NCBI GenBank assembly: GCA_963789265.1
Contig: CAWBKB010000004.1
Coordinates: forward strand, 96,001-160,000
DNA from: an uncultured delta proteobacterium
GTDB lineage: Bacteria > Desulfobacterota > Desulfomonilia > Desulfomonilales > Desulfomonilaceae
Reading direction: 5' to 3'
DNA length: 64,000 nucleotides
The notes under the pieces were generated by a model that saw only the letters and a program-made list of their open reading frames with translations, made no database searches and was not told the origin of the DNA. Position 1 is the first letter of the stretch; every line of letters begins with the position of its first letter. A program made the translations under genes and the position numbers. Positions 49,812-60,560 of the stretch are shown here, piece after piece.

Positions 49812-52526
49812 ATGATCAAGAGGAATATCAGTCTCAACGGCGTAAACAAAATAGTGGTCGCGGACCCGGAGGTTTCACTGGCGGATGTCGTGCGGGGTCA
49901 ATTGGGTCTGACCGGCACGAAGGTCGGATGTGGAAGTGGCCAGTGCGGGTCTTGTTCGGTCATTATGGATGGAAAGCTTATCAAGTCCTGCATCACCAAA
50001 ATGAAGAGAGTCCAGGACGGTGCCAAGGTTGTCACTATAGAAGGAATCGGGACACCCGATAATTTGCACGCTTTACAGTTGTCTTGGACCGTTCACGGCG
50101 GGGCTCAATGTGGATTTTGCTCCCCGGGATTTATAGTGTCCGCTAAGGCGCTTCTGGACGAGACCAAAAGTCCCTCCAGAGCACAAGTAAAGGATTGGTT
50201 TCAAAAGAATCGAAACGCGTGCCGGTGCACCGGGTACAAGCCTCTCGTGGACGCGGTGATGGACGCGGCGAAAGTCGTTCGAGGGGAAATGACCGCAGCC
50301 GAATTAGCGTACAAACTCCCGGCGGACGGCAAAATCTGGGGAACCAACTACCCGAGACCGTCTGCTGTTGCCAAAGTCACTGGAACCATTGAATACGGAG
50401 CAGACATTATCGCCAAGATGCCTCCGGGAACGTTGCACCTGGCTTTGGTGCAGTCCAAGACTTCCCATGCGAAGATTCTCTCCATAGACACGTCTGAAGC
50501 CGAAAAGATGCCCGGCGTAGAGAAGGTTGTTACTCACAAGGACGTCAAGGGCAAGAACAGAATCACAGGGCTTATCACTTTCCCGACCAACAAGGGAGAT
50601 GGCTGGGATCGACCTATTCTCTGCGATGAGAAGGTATTCCAGTTCGGGGACGCCATAGCTATCGTATGTGCCGACACTGAGGCCAATGCCAGAGCGGCTG
50701 CGGATAAGGTTAAGGTGACGTTTGAGGACCTTCCCGCTTACATGAGCGCCCCGGCAGCGATGGCCGACGATGCGATTGAGATCCATCCCGGAACCCCAAA
50801 CATTTACTACGAGCAGAAGCGGGCCAAGGGTCAAGACACTAAGCCTCTGATGGATTCGGCCGCTTATGTAGTGGAAGGCGATTACTACTTGCAGAGGCAA
50901 CCCCATTTGACCATGGAACCGGATGTCGGATTTGCCTATCTTGACGAAGAAGGACGCCTGACAATCCATTCCAAGAGTATCGGTATACATCTCCACCATG
51001 CCATGATTTGCCCCGGGCTGGGGGTCGAACCGGAGAAACTTCGTCTCATTCAGAATCCTGCGGGTGGGACGTTCGGGTACAAGTTTAGCCCAACCATGGA
51101 AGCACTTGTGGGCGTGGCAGCTTTGGCTACCGGCAAGCCCGTGGCTCTGAAATACGATTACTATCAGCACATAACTTATACCGGAAAGCGATCTCCGTTC
51201 TTTATCAAGCTCAAATACGGCGCGGACAAGGACGGCAAAATCGTTGCCATGGAAAGCGACTGGATCGTGGATCACGGTCCGTATTCGGAATTCGGCGACT
51301 TGCTCACCTTGCGTGGAGCCCAGTTCATCGGGGCGGGTTACGGAATACCCAACATCAGGGGCCTCGGCCAAACTGTGTGCACCAACCACGCCTGGGGCTC
51401 TGCCTTCCGGGCCTATGGTTCGCCCCAAAGCTTTCTTGCCTCCGAATGTCTCATGGATGAGCTTGCAGTAAAAATGGGTAAAGATCCGCTGGAGCTGAGA
51501 TATCTCAATGTGTATCGTCCCGGCGATACTACGCCGACCGGCCAGACACCGGAGGTTTTCAGCTTCCCGGAAATGATTGACAAACTCCGTCCTCTTTATC
51601 AGGAGGCCCTCAAGAGAGCCAAAGCGGAATCCACGGCTGAGAAGAAAAAAGGCGTCGGAGTTTCCGTCGGCGTATACGGCTGCGGTTTGGACGGGCCGGA
51701 TTCCTCCGAGGTAGCGGTAGAGTTGGTTCCGGATGGTGTAGTTTTGACCAGTTCATGGGAGGACCACGGTCAGGGAGCCGACATGGGTGCTCTGGGAACC
51801 TGCCATGAGGCTCTGCGTCCGCTTGGCATCACTCCTGACAAGATCAAGCTTGTTATGAACGACACGGCTATCACGCCCAACAGTGGGCCTTCAGGTGGAA
51901 GTCGTCAGCAAGTAATGACCGGAAATGCCATCAAGAACGGCTGCGAGATGCTCTTGAACGCAATGCGTAAACCCGACGGCAAGTATCGCACTTACGAGCA
52001 GATGAAAGCTGAGAACATTCCCTTGAAGTACTCGGGGAAATGGACTGCTTCCATGAACACTCCATGCGATGAAAACGCTCAGGGAAGTCCGTTCGCGGTA
52101 TACATGTACGGCGTGTTCATGGCTGAAGTGGCCGTAGACACCAAGACCGGAAAGTCACAGGTGGAGAAGTTCACGGTTGTTGCAGACATCGGCAAAATCA
52201 ACAACAAGCTGGTCGTGGACGGTCAAATCTACGGGGGAGTCGCGCAGGGAATCGGCCTCGCGCTTTCGGAAGACTTCGAGGACTTGAATAAACACACGAG
52301 TCTGATCGCGTGTGGACTTCCGTTTGCAAACGACATACCTGACGATTTCAAGATCATCTATGTTGAGAACCCAAGAGAACACGGGCCGTTCGGGGCCGCG
52401 GGCGTCGGTGAGTTGCCGTTGACCTCGCCGCATGCCGCAGTGGTCAATGCCATTTACAATGCTACGGGCGTGCGGATCAGAAGTCTGCCCGCGCTGCCTG
52501 AAAAGGTGTTGGCCGGCCTCAAGTAG
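49812..52526 (+). CDS. mop: Molybdopterin-dependent aldehyde oxidoreductase (xanthine oxidase family, D. gigas MOP-like)
   Basis: GCGSGQCGSC, QCGFCSPG, NACRCTGY, GGTFGYKF, SAFRAYGSPQ, GVGELPL. SD AGGAGG. Confidence 0.93.
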   Translation: MIKRNISLNGVNKIVVADPEVSLADVVRGQLGLTGTKVGCGSGQCGSCSVIMDGKLIKSCITKMKRVQDGAKVVTIEGIGTPDNLHALQLSWTVHGGAQCGFCSPGFIVSAKALLDETKSPSRAQVKDWFQKNRNACRCTGYKPLVDAVMDAAKVVRGEMTAAELAYKLPADGKIWGTNYPRPSAVAKVTGTIEYGADIIAKMPPGTLHLALVQSKTSHAKILSIDTSEAEKMPGVEKVVTHKDVKGKNRITGLITFPTNKGDGWDRPILCDEKVFQFGDAIAIVCADTEANARAAADKVKVTFEDLPAYMSAPAAMADDAIEIHPGTPNIYYEQKRAKGQDTKPLMDSAAYVVEGDYYLQRQPHLTMEPDVGFAYLDEEGRLTIHSKSIGIHLHHAMICPGLGVEPEKLRLIQNPAGGTFGYKFSPTMEALVGVAALATGKPVALKYDYYQHITYTGKRSPFFIKLKYGADKDGKIVAMESDWIVDHGPYSEFGDLLTLRGAQFIGAGYGIPNIRGLGQTVCTNHAWGSAFRAYGSPQSFLASECLMDELAVKMGKDPLELRYLNVYRPGDTTPTGQTPEVFSFPEMIDKLRPLYQEALKRAKAESTAEKKKGVGVSVGVYGCGLDGPDSSEVAVELVPDGVVLTSSWEDHGQGADMGALGTCHEALRPLGITPDKIKLVMNDTAITPNSGPSGGSRQQVMTGNAIKNGCEMLLNAMRKPDGKYRTYEQMKAENIPLKYSGKWTASMNTPCDENAQGSPFAVYMYGVFMAEVAVDTKTGKSQVEKFTVVADIGKINNKLVVDGQIYGGVAQGIGLALSEDFEDLNKHTSLIACGLPFANDIPDDFKIIYVENPREHGPFGAAGVGELPLTSPHAAVVNAIYNATGVRIRSLPALPEKVLAGLK

Positions 52527-52620
52527 AAGCGTAGTCTGAAGCGACTTGTTTGGGGAAAACTCAAGGATGGGTTTTCCCCAAGTTGTCCAATTCCCAGATT
52601 TCCAAAAGCAGATTACAAAA

Positions 52621-54942
52621 GTGGATCAACAGGAACTACGTAAACTCGAGAAACTTTGCATTCAGGAATGCGCTCCCTGGTGTAGTGCGGCGTGCCCGGT
52701 GCATGTGGACGTCCGGGCGATGAGTGCTGCCCTCGCAAAGGCAGACTTCGCTTCGGCGCTGAAGGTGTTCCGAAAATCCGTCCCCTTTCCGGGGATCATC
52801 AGCCGCGTTTGTGACCATCCCTGTCAAGACGTGTGTAAGCGAAAAGAAGCCGGGTCCGCGGTATCGATTCGTGCTCTGGAACGGGCTGCTCTGACATGGG
52901 CTCCTGATGCAGAAACCAAGTTGTTGGCTGCTCCACGAAAGAACAAACGAGTAGCCGTGGTAGGTGCCGGCCTGAGCGGCCTCACAGCCTCGCTGGATCT
53001 GGTGAAAAAGGGATATGAGGTCGTCCTTTTCGAGGCCACGGACAGATTGGGCGGAAGTCTGTGGGATTACCCGGCGACGGAATTGCCTCCTGAGGTAATT
53101 CTAGAGGATTTTCAGATACTGGCCCCGTTGCCGGTGGAAATCCGCTTCACCACTACCATTGGTCAAGACCTCTCAATTGTCGATCTTCAAAAGGATTTTG
53201 GCGCTGTTTACGCTGGGTCCGGATTCGAGAGCCGGTTCCTAATCGGCCTGGAACTCAACACTGAAGGGTTGGTTTCCGCTAATCCTGAGACATTCGAGAC
53301 GAAGCGGCCGGGTATATTTGCCGGCGGGAGTCTCGTCCGGGGCTCTGAAGAGCGCTCTCCCATCCGGTCAATCTCCGATGGGCGAAGAGCAGCAATCTCC
53401 ATTGACAGATATCTTCAAAAGGTCTCTCTCACCGCATCCCGGGAAACTGAAGGCCCGTACGAAACCCGACTCTACACCGCCACAGAAGGAATCGAACCTC
53501 TTCCCGAAGTCCCCATATCGGATGCAAGTGTGGGGTATTCCGCGGAGAAGGCGGCACAAGAGGCAAAACGGTGTCTACAATGCGAGTGTATGGAATGCGT
53601 CAAGGTGTGTGAATTCCTTGCCGAGTTCAAAGGTTACCCAAAGAAATATGTCAGACAGATTTACAATAATCTCTCCATCGTGATGGGCCAACGTCACGGT
53701 AACAAGCTAATCAATTCGTGCAGTAATTGCGGGCTCTGCAAAGAAGTTTGCCCCGAAGACCTCCACATGGGCGAAGTGTGCATAGCCGCCCGCGAGACCA
53801 TGGTGCAACAAGGCAAAATGCCGGTTTCGGCCCATGAGTTTGCTCTGCGGGACATGGCGTTCAGCAATGGCGATAAATTCGCTGTGAGTCGCCATGAGCC
53901 CGGGATGGCTGCCAGCAGATTTCTTTTCTTTCCCGGTTGCCAGCTCAGCGCCTCCTCTCCCGAAAACGTGAAACGGACTTACGCATACCTAAGAGAGCGG
54001 CTCGAAGGCGGAGTGGGCCTCATGCTGCGCTGCTGCGGGGCTCCGGCGGATTGGGCCGGGCGCCGTAAAGAGTTTTCGGACGTGACATCCCAATTCGAGG
54101 CTCAATGGGCCGAAATGGGCCGACCGGAATTGATCGCGGCCTGCTCGACCTGTTATTCGGTATTCAAGGCTCGCCTTCCGCATGTAAATGTACAATCGTT
54201 GTGGGAGACGTTTGACACTCTGGGATTACCCGAGAGCCCTCGAATGGAGCCCTTCGCTGTGGCGATCCATGATCCTTGCACTTCAAGACATGAGGTGCAT
54301 ATTCACGAAAGCGTTCGAAGCATTCTTAGGAAACTGGGATACGAAGCCCACGAACTCCCTTTAACTCGAAATCGAACCGAGTGCTGTGGATTCGGTGGGC
54401 TCATGTATTTTGCCAATAGGGAGTTGGCGGCGAAGGTCAAGAAGCGTCGGATCGCGGAAAGCCGTTATCACTATCTGGCTTACTGCGCGATGTGCCAAGA
54501 CCAATTTAGATCCGAGGGGAAACCGACCTGGCATCTTTTGGATCTCATCTTCGGCCCCGACGATGTTGAAAAAGCGACTCGACAAGGGCCTGATTATTCC
54601 CGGAGACGGGAGAATCGCGCAAGACTGAAAAATTCTTTGCTGAAGGAACTATGGGGTGAAGATGTGGCCGCGGATCGTGAGACTACAAAGTTGCACATTC
54701 CCGAGCACGTTCGGGAGTTGCTGGAACAGAGAATGATCTTGACGGAAGATATCCGACAGGTCATCGAGTGGGCGGAGAGAACAGGGTTTAAGCTTGTCAG
54801 CGGTGATTCCGGTCATTTCCTTGCTCACCACACTCCGACGACAGTCACTTACTGGGTCGAGTATTCGCGGACAGACGATGGTTTCGCCATCCACAATGCC
54901 TATAGTCACCGCATGGAGATCGTGGAGGAATTGAAACCGTGA
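52621..54942 (+). CDS. Pyridine nucleotide-disulfide oxidoreductase / dicluster / CCG-domain protein (DVU1558-like)
   Basis: CIQECAPWCSAACP, GAGLSG, CLQCECMECVKVC, CSNCGLCKEVCP, CCGAP, HDPC, CCGFGG. Start uncertain (GTG 52621 vs TTG 52546). Confidence 0.85.
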   Translation: MDQQELRKLEKLCIQECAPWCSAACPVHVDVRAMSAALAKADFASALKVFRKSVPFPGIISRVCDHPCQDVCKRKEAGSAVSIRALERAALTWAPDAETKLLAAPRKNKRVAVVGAGLSGLTASLDLVKKGYEVVLFEATDRLGGSLWDYPATELPPEVILEDFQILAPLPVEIRFTTTIGQDLSIVDLQKDFGAVYAGSGFESRFLIGLELNTEGLVSANPETFETKRPGIFAGGSLVRGSEERSPIRSISDGRRAAISIDRYLQKVSLTASRETEGPYETRLYTATEGIEPLPEVPISDASVGYSAEKAAQEAKRCLQCECMECVKVCEFLAEFKGYPKKYVRQIYNNLSIVMGQRHGNKLINSCSNCGLCKEVCPEDLHMGEVCIAARETMVQQGKMPVSAHEFALRDMAFSNGDKFAVSRHEPGMAASRFLFFPGCQLSASSPENVKRTYAYLRERLEGGVGLMLRCCGAPADWAGRRKEFSDVTSQFEAQWAEMGRPELIAACSTCYSVFKARLPHVNVQSLWETFDTLGLPESPRMEPFAVAIHDPCTSRHEVHIHESVRSILRKLGYEAHELPLTRNRTECCGFGGLMYFANRELAAKVKKRRIAESRYHYLAYCAMCQDQFRSEGKPTWHLLDLIFGPDDVEKATRQGPDYSRRRENRARLKNSLLKELWGEDVAADRETTKLHIPEHVRELLEQRMILTEDIRQVIEWAERTGFKLVSGDSGHFLAHHTPTTVTYWVEYSRTDDGFAIHNAYSHRMEIVEELKP

Positions 54943-55151
54943 GTGATTATGTTGATCCAGGCGAAGCTCAAGGTTGGTCGTGCGCTAAGTGCGGCATCCC
55001 TCTGGAGATGGGCAAGGTTGAAGTAGCCTACATGGGAAGCAAGTATCCGGTAAGTCTGCCGAGATGTCCCAAATGTGGGGTGGTGTTCATCCCTGAGCGC
55101 TTGGCGCTGGGCAAGATGGCGGAAATCGAGAAATTGTTAGAAGACAAATGA
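54939..55151 (+). CDS. Small CxxC..CxxC protein (DVU1557-like)
   Basis: WSCAKC...LPRCPKCG.VFIPE.LA.GKM.E.EK.LEDK. Overlaps the previous stop. Confidence 0.85.
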   Translation: MSDYVDPGEAQGWSCAKCGIPLEMGKVEVAYMGSKYPVSLPRCPKCGVVFIPERLALGKMAEIEKLLEDK

Positions 55152-55158
55152 TAAAATA

Positions 55159-55923
55159 ATGAGTCTCGAAAGCTCCTTCACTGTTTACGAACAGTTGGCC
55201 GAAACGGAATTGGCTGATGAAGGCATCAGACCCGGCGGTATGGGACTAACTGAGCGAGCGTTGACCTGGTGCGGCTTTCCCCCTGGTTGCAGGATTCTCG
55301 ATGTAGGTTGTGGAAGCGGGGTCACATTGAACCGGCTGGTCCGCGAGCATGATTTCTTGGCAATAGGCATAGACGCGTCTCCCCATCTCCTGAATCAGGC
55401 CCGCTTGAAAAATCCTGCATTGGCGGTCGTTCGCGCCGCGGGAGAGTATCTCTCGTTTCCGGACGAGTGCGCAGACGGGGTGTTCGCCGAGTGCAGTCTA
55501 TCGGTAATGGATGACCCTGGAAGGGCCTTGGACGAATTCCGGCGAGTCCTCAAAATCGGCGGCAAATTGATCCTCACCGACGTGTATGCTAGAAATCCGG
55601 AAAACATTGCGCAATTGGCTTGTGTGCCGATCGATTGCTGTCTGAGAGGAGCGATTTCTCGCGCAGAACTTTTTGAGAGGCTGACAAGTCGTGACTTCAG
55701 AATCGACCTGTGGGAGGATCACACGGATCTGCTGACGCAGTTTTCCGTCCAGTTGATCCTTTCTTACGGCTCAATGAGTCAATTTTGGCTGAAAGCGGGC
55801 TCGAACTCAGTCGATCCCGAGCAGATGAAGCGAACGATATCCGAAGCGAAACCGGGCTACTTTCTGCTCGTCGCTCAAAAGACGGCAGGCTGCGGCACTT
55901 TGAAAGCAGGCATCTCGCAATGA
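55159..55923 (+). CDS. Class I SAM methyltransferase (DVU1556-like)
   Basis: IRPGGMGLT, ILDVGCGSG, AECSLS, KPGYFLLVA. Confidence 0.88.
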   Translation: MSLESSFTVYEQLAETELADEGIRPGGMGLTERALTWCGFPPGCRILDVGCGSGVTLNRLVREHDFLAIGIDASPHLLNQARLKNPALAVVRAAGEYLSFPDECADGVFAECSLSVMDDPGRALDEFRRVLKIGGKLILTDVYARNPENIAQLACVPIDCCLRGAISRAELFERLTSRDFRIDLWEDHTDLLTQFSVQLILSYGSMSQFWLKAGSNSVDPEQMKRTISEAKPGYFLLVAQKTAGCGTLKAGISQ

Positions 55924-56372
55924 ACGATGAGATTTTACGCATGTTAGAGCTGGCCGGGCAGGGTTTTCATTGCAGCCAAATTCTGCTTTTCATGGGACTG
56001 GATGCCCAGGGAAAGCAAAACTCCGACCTCATACGGGCCATGGCAGGGCTTGCAGGCGGGGTAGGATTCTGTGGAGACATCTGCGGCGCATTGACCGGTG
56101 GAGTCTGTTTGTTGGCTTTATACGCCGGTAGAGGAATCCCGGATGAGGAAGAAGACCCCAGGCTCAACGTCATGATCAGCGAATTGGTTGAATGGTTCAC
56201 AGAGGAGTTTTCGGAGTGCTACGGAGGCATTCATTGCCGAGAGATCCTGGCCGACGATCCTAGAAACCAAACCTCCAGGTGTCCGCAACTTGTGACGCGA
56301 ACCTACGAAAAGGTGAAATCACTACTTCTTGACAATGAATTCGACCTTTCCGAGGGACGTGATGGCGTCTGA
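55920..56372 (+). CDS. C-GCAxxG-C-C family redox protein (DVU1555-like)
   Basis: GFHCSQ, GLAGG...ICGALTGG, GGIHC, RCP. ATGA coupling. Confidence 0.88.
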   Translation: MNDEILRMLELAGQGFHCSQILLFMGLDAQGKQNSDLIRAMAGLAGGVGFCGDICGALTGGVCLLALYAGRGIPDEEEDPRLNVMISELVEWFTEEFSECYGGIHCREILADDPRNQTSRCPQLVTRTYEKVKSLLLDNEFDLSEGRDGV

Positions 56373-57732
56373 GAATACCGGCCCTTTGTTCCAGACGCAA
56401 AGCCTTTGCCCGGAATGCTTGAGGCGAATACCCGCTGTCCGGTTCGAGCGCGGAAACGACCTCTGTATGAGGAAAACATGTCCTGAACACGGTGAATTTC
56501 AGGTCGTTCTATGGCGTGGCGATCCGTCATACTTGAGCTGGATTCGCCCGCCCAAGATCCCGAGTTATCCCGAAAAACCCACTAACCAAGTTGTTGAAGG
56601 CTGCCCTTTTGATTGCGGCCTCTGTCCGGATCACCGTCAGCATACGTGCACCGCTCTTATGGAAGTGACTCAGCGATGTAATCTGCGCTGCGCGTTCTGT
56701 TTTGCAGATGCAAACAAGTCATGTCAGCCCGATCCGGATATGGCGACGATTCGACGCTGGTACGGGACACTTCTCTCCACGGAGAAATCCTGCAACATTC
56801 AGCTTTCCGGCGGGGAACCGACCCTTCGCGACGATCTCCCCGAGATTGTGGCCCTTGGGCGGTATATGGGATGCCGGTTCATTCAAATAAACACTAACGG
56901 GTTGCGACTAGCGACCGACCCCGTTTACGTAGAAAAGCTCAAAAGTGCCGGCTTGTCTTCTGTGTTTCTTCAGTTTGACGGAATGCAGGACGACATTTAT
57001 CTAAAATTAAGAGGAGCGCCCTGTCTCACCTCAAAACTGGCCGCGATCGAGACCTGTCGCGAGCAAGGAATCGGGGTCGTGCTCGTTCCCACTGTGGTCC
57101 CAGGCGTGAATGATCACGCACTAGGCACTATAGTTGAATTTGCGCTCAAGAACCTCGATGTAATCAGCGGTGTGCATTTTCAGCCTGTGAGTTACTTCGG
57201 CAGATATCCCGCGATTCCATCTGATGCGAACCGCATCACAATACCTGAGGTTATCCGAAAGCTGGAGATCCAGACAGAAGGGCTTCTCAGGGCTGAAAGT
57301 TTTAAGCCTCCGGGGTGTGAAAATGCTCTGTGCTCCTTTCACGGTACTTTCGTGCTTATGCCCGATTCCAGCGTGATAGCACTGACTAATCACAACCTTG
57401 TTGACTGCAGGTGCGGCCCCGTAAATGCCGCTGAAGGCGCTCTGAAGAGTAGGCAGTTTGTTGCTCGGAACTGGTCTTGGAAAGAAAGCACCGCGCGGTC
57501 ACACTCAAAAAGCGACTTTTCAATGGGCCGGTGGGACGTGCTATTGGAGCGCTCTTCCACCCACAAGCTCTGCATTTCGGGTATGGCGTTTCAAGACGTG
57601 TGGAACATTGATTTGGAACGTCTTAGGGATTGCTGCATTCACGTGATTAGCCGGGATGGCAGACTCATCCCATTCTGTGCTTACAATCTTACAAGCTCAG
57701 CCGGTCGCTCCCTGTTCGGAAGGGGACAGTGA
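56362..57732 (+). CDS. Radical SAM protein (TrsS/DVU1554-like)
   Basis: SLCPEC, KTCPEHG, GCPFDCGLC..H.QHTC, CNLRCAFC, SGGEPT, RDCCIH...IPFCAYN. Confidence 0.88.
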   Translation: MASENTGPLFQTQSLCPECLRRIPAVRFERGNDLCMRKTCPEHGEFQVVLWRGDPSYLSWIRPPKIPSYPEKPTNQVVEGCPFDCGLCPDHRQHTCTALMEVTQRCNLRCAFCFADANKSCQPDPDMATIRRWYGTLLSTEKSCNIQLSGGEPTLRDDLPEIVALGRYMGCRFIQINTNGLRLATDPVYVEKLKSAGLSSVFLQFDGMQDDIYLKLRGAPCLTSKLAAIETCREQGIGVVLVPTVVPGVNDHALGTIVEFALKNLDVISGVHFQPVSYFGRYPAIPSDANRITIPEVIRKLEIQTEGLLRAESFKPPGCENALCSFHGTFVLMPDSSVIALTNHNLVDCRCGPVNAAEGALKSRQFVARNWSWKESTARSHSKSDFSMGRWDVLLERSSTHKLCISGMAFQDVWNIDLERLRDCCIHVISRDGRLIPFCAYNLTSSAGRSLFGRGQ

Positions 57733-57735
57733 CCG

Positions 57736-58815
57736 ATGGAGAAGACGCTTTTGGAACGTTGGATCGCGGGCAAGATTGGATGCCTCTTTGGCGACCTCAC
57801 TGAAAATGACATCCGTCAATACCAACTTGAGCGGTTGCGAGAAACTATCGATTACGTCACCGAGAAGAGCCCATTCTACCGCCCCAGACTCCAGGGATTT
57901 TGCGCTACAGATCTGAAGACCATCAATGATGTGGAGCTCCTGCCATACACGAGGCCTCGGGACATCCAGAAAAATGGGCCCCAATTTCTTTGCGTCTCCC
58001 AGAGTCAAATCGAGCGCGTAGTAACTCTTCAGTCATCCGGCGACACCGAACAGCCGAGACGCTTGTATTTCACTCGCGAAGACCTTGAACTCACTGTTGA
58101 TTTCTTTTTTCACGGAATGTCTATGCTGGTGAAGCCCGGCCAGAGAGTGCTCATACTTATGCCCGGCCAAACGCCGAATTCCGTGGGGGATCTCTTGGCT
58201 CGAGCTTTGAAACGCATGGGTGTGGAAGGCATTGTGCATGGTTACGTGGAAGATCCTTCGGAGACGGTTCGCGAGATTTTGCAGCGGGAAATTGACTCCC
58301 TTGTCGGCTTTCCCTTCCAGGTGCTATCCGTAGCCAGTCATAGTGCAGCAAGGAGAGTCCCTCCCGGTCAAATCAAGAGTGTCTTGCTCAGTCCGGAGGC
58401 CTGTCTGAATTCGCCCAATGTTCCAGCCGCTATTGTCAATGAATTACAAAGGATCTGGAACTGTCCCGTCTTCAACCACTATGGAACCACGGAGATGGGC
58501 TTCAGCGGAGGAGTGGAATGTTGGGCTCTGTCCGGATACCATCTTCGTGAAACTGACCTTTACTTCGAAATCGTTGAACCGAATTCGGGTGTTCCGCTGC
58601 CTGAAGGTGAGTTAGGCGAGATCGTCTTTACCACGTTGACCCGAAATGGAATGCCTCTGATCCGCTACCGAACCGGCCATTTGGCAAGGTTTCTTGCTGA
58701 GCCCTGCTCGTGCGGGACTGTGTTACGGAGGATGGAAAAGGTGCGGGGCGGAATGTATAATGCGAGTCTGCATTCCATCTCACTTGAATGCAAATCGGTA
58801 CCAACACGGAGTTGA
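57736..58815 (+). CDS. Phenylacetate-CoA-ligase-like AMP-dependent ligase (DVU1553-like)
   Basis: YQLERLRET, VTLQSSG, HYGTTE, GEIVFTTL...PLIRYRTG, PCSCG. Confidence 0.85.
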   Translation: MEKTLLERWIAGKIGCLFGDLTENDIRQYQLERLRETIDYVTEKSPFYRPRLQGFCATDLKTINDVELLPYTRPRDIQKNGPQFLCVSQSQIERVVTLQSSGDTEQPRRLYFTREDLELTVDFFFHGMSMLVKPGQRVLILMPGQTPNSVGDLLARALKRMGVEGIVHGYVEDPSETVREILQREIDSLVGFPFQVLSVASHSAARRVPPGQIKSVLLSPEACLNSPNVPAAIVNELQRIWNCPVFNHYGTTEMGFSGGVECWALSGYHLRETDLYFEIVEPNSGVPLPEGELGEIVFTTLTRNGMPLIRYRTGHLARFLAEPCSCGTVLRRMEKVRGGMYNASLHSISLECKSVPTRS

Positions 58816-58818
58816 GCT

Positions 58819-59867
58819 ATGGGCAGGCTCGTTCAAACCATCTGTAAACTACTCGAGGACGGAGAAGACTTGATGACTGGCAACGATCCTAAGCCACGAA
58901 GGTTCAACTCCGCGAACAGCCGGCACGAAAATGGTAATACGCTCCGGTGGTGACAGCATTGCGACCGTTGGAGGGGGATTGGTGGAAGCTGAAGTAGTGC
59001 GGGTAGCTGACGAGGTGTTTAGAAACTCGCAGCGCTCGGATAAGAGGTTTCGACCTGACCGGTGTCAACATGGAAGGAATGGATCTGGTTTGCGGCGGGC
59101 GATTGGAAATCCTCGTGGAGTTTGTGACTGCAAGCCCTGCGAACCTACAGGTGTTTCAAGGGTTGTCCCGGGCGATGAGTGAAGGAAAGAAGACTTACCT
59201 CGTGGCCGACCTCGGCGTCATCGGGAAAAATCCGAGACAAGTTGACAGATGTTTGATTGGTGAAGACGGCACGATATGCGGTGGGGCATGCTCAGCGAGC
59301 GTGACGGAAATACTGAAGCGTTGGACGGGCAAAGAGAGATATCCAATTCTGCTTACCGCGGATAACCACCGGTACATAATCGAACCGTCCTTTGCCCCTG
59401 GCAGTGTTTACATGTTCGGCGCAGGGCACGTGTCGCAGCAGGTTGCTCCCTTGGCGAAGCTGGTGGATTTCCGGATCGTGGTATTGGATGATAGGCCGGA
59501 GTTTGCCAATCGTGACCGGTTCCCGGGCTGCGACGAGGTAAAAACCATAGCGTCATTTGAGGGAGCGCTCGATAAATTTGAGATTGATGAAGACAGTTAC
59601 ATAGTGATTCTTACGCGAGGACATCTTCACGATAAAACTGTGCTGGAACAAGCTCTCAAGACAAATGCCCATTATATAGGCATGATAGGCAGTCGGAAAA
59701 AGCGGGACAGGATTTTCGCCGACCTTAGGGATATAGGGTTTGTTGACAGGGATCTCCAGAGAGTACATGCGCCAATAGGCACAGACATCGGCGCTGAGAC
59801 GCCTGAGGAGATTGGCATAAGCATAGTGGGGGAACTAATTAAGGCAAGAGCCACGCGAGGTGCCTGA
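58819..59867 (+). CDS. XdhC-family molybdoenzyme maturation factor, two +1 frameshifts (about 58876, about 59024)
   Basis: LATILSHEGSTPRTAGTKM, TVGGG.VEA, MDLVCGG, FGAGHVS, DDRPEFAN, TRGH, YIGMIGSRKK, HAPIG..IGAETPEEI, spread over three frames. Confidence 0.85.
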
Positions 59868-60122
59868 ACAGCCATGATGAGATAATGTTTCCCCGCTCAC
59901 AGGCTGTGGCAACGCCTGCCCTGAACTATGGAACCGCATGCTACACCAGAAGTAACCTAATTATCTTCATCTCCTAACGAAAATCGAATCTTTTTCTTAA
60001 GAAAAAGTAGTGCCTTCCAAAAGGAATTCTCACACGGTTCTGCTTTCATGTAATCGAGTAAGAATCCGCGGGTCCGAACACGCTAAGAGTGGGGGAGGGC
60101 TAAGGCGTCACCGATTGCCTTA

Positions 60123-60390
60123 TACCAGTGCGCGATCAAACAAGTGACAATCCCCGCGAGGATATGGTGGGGCATCCCGCGCGGAACGCGGGACTGCCTG
60201 CCATTGGTCACCCCGGACTTCGATCCGGGGTCCAGTCTGGATGCTCGCGTACGCGGGCATGACGACAGGCTGGAGTTCCAGGAATCCGAGAAGGTGTCCC
60301 TGCTGGATGCTCGCGTACGCGGGCATGACGACAGGCAAGATGCCTGTCCCACTAAAAACACGATGTCACTTGTTTGAAAGCGAATCGGTA
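60123..60390. mobile_element. MITE, copy 2 of the 27-bp TIR family, with REP cargo
   Basis: TIRs TACCAGTGCGCGATCAAACAAGTGACA / TGTCACTTGTTTGAAAGCGAATCGGTA (22/27). Internal direct repeat CTGGATGCTCGCGTACGCGGGCATGACGACAGGC x2. Confidence 0.78.
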
Positions 60391-60560
60391 TTAGACATTT
60401 CACCGCATATTGGAAGATCCACTCCGTTGGAGAGCATAAGACATGAGTGAGCCCTGGACCGATACGATGAGGCATATTCGAGAGCAACGTCTATCCGGCA
60501 CCAAACCCAAACAAGGGCTTCGTCCCTTAATAGCGGCCAACGTCTATGGAGGACCGAACA

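Noticed and set aside
44433..51428. Long antisense ORFs (44433-45722, 50304-51428) and similar shadow ORFs
   Set aside because: They lie opposite strongly conserved genes and have no motifs or SD. This is expected from codon bias.
56362..57732. Selenocysteine in the TrsS-like radical SAM protein
   Set aside because: The ORF is open throughout with no internal TGA, so this copy is a Cys form.
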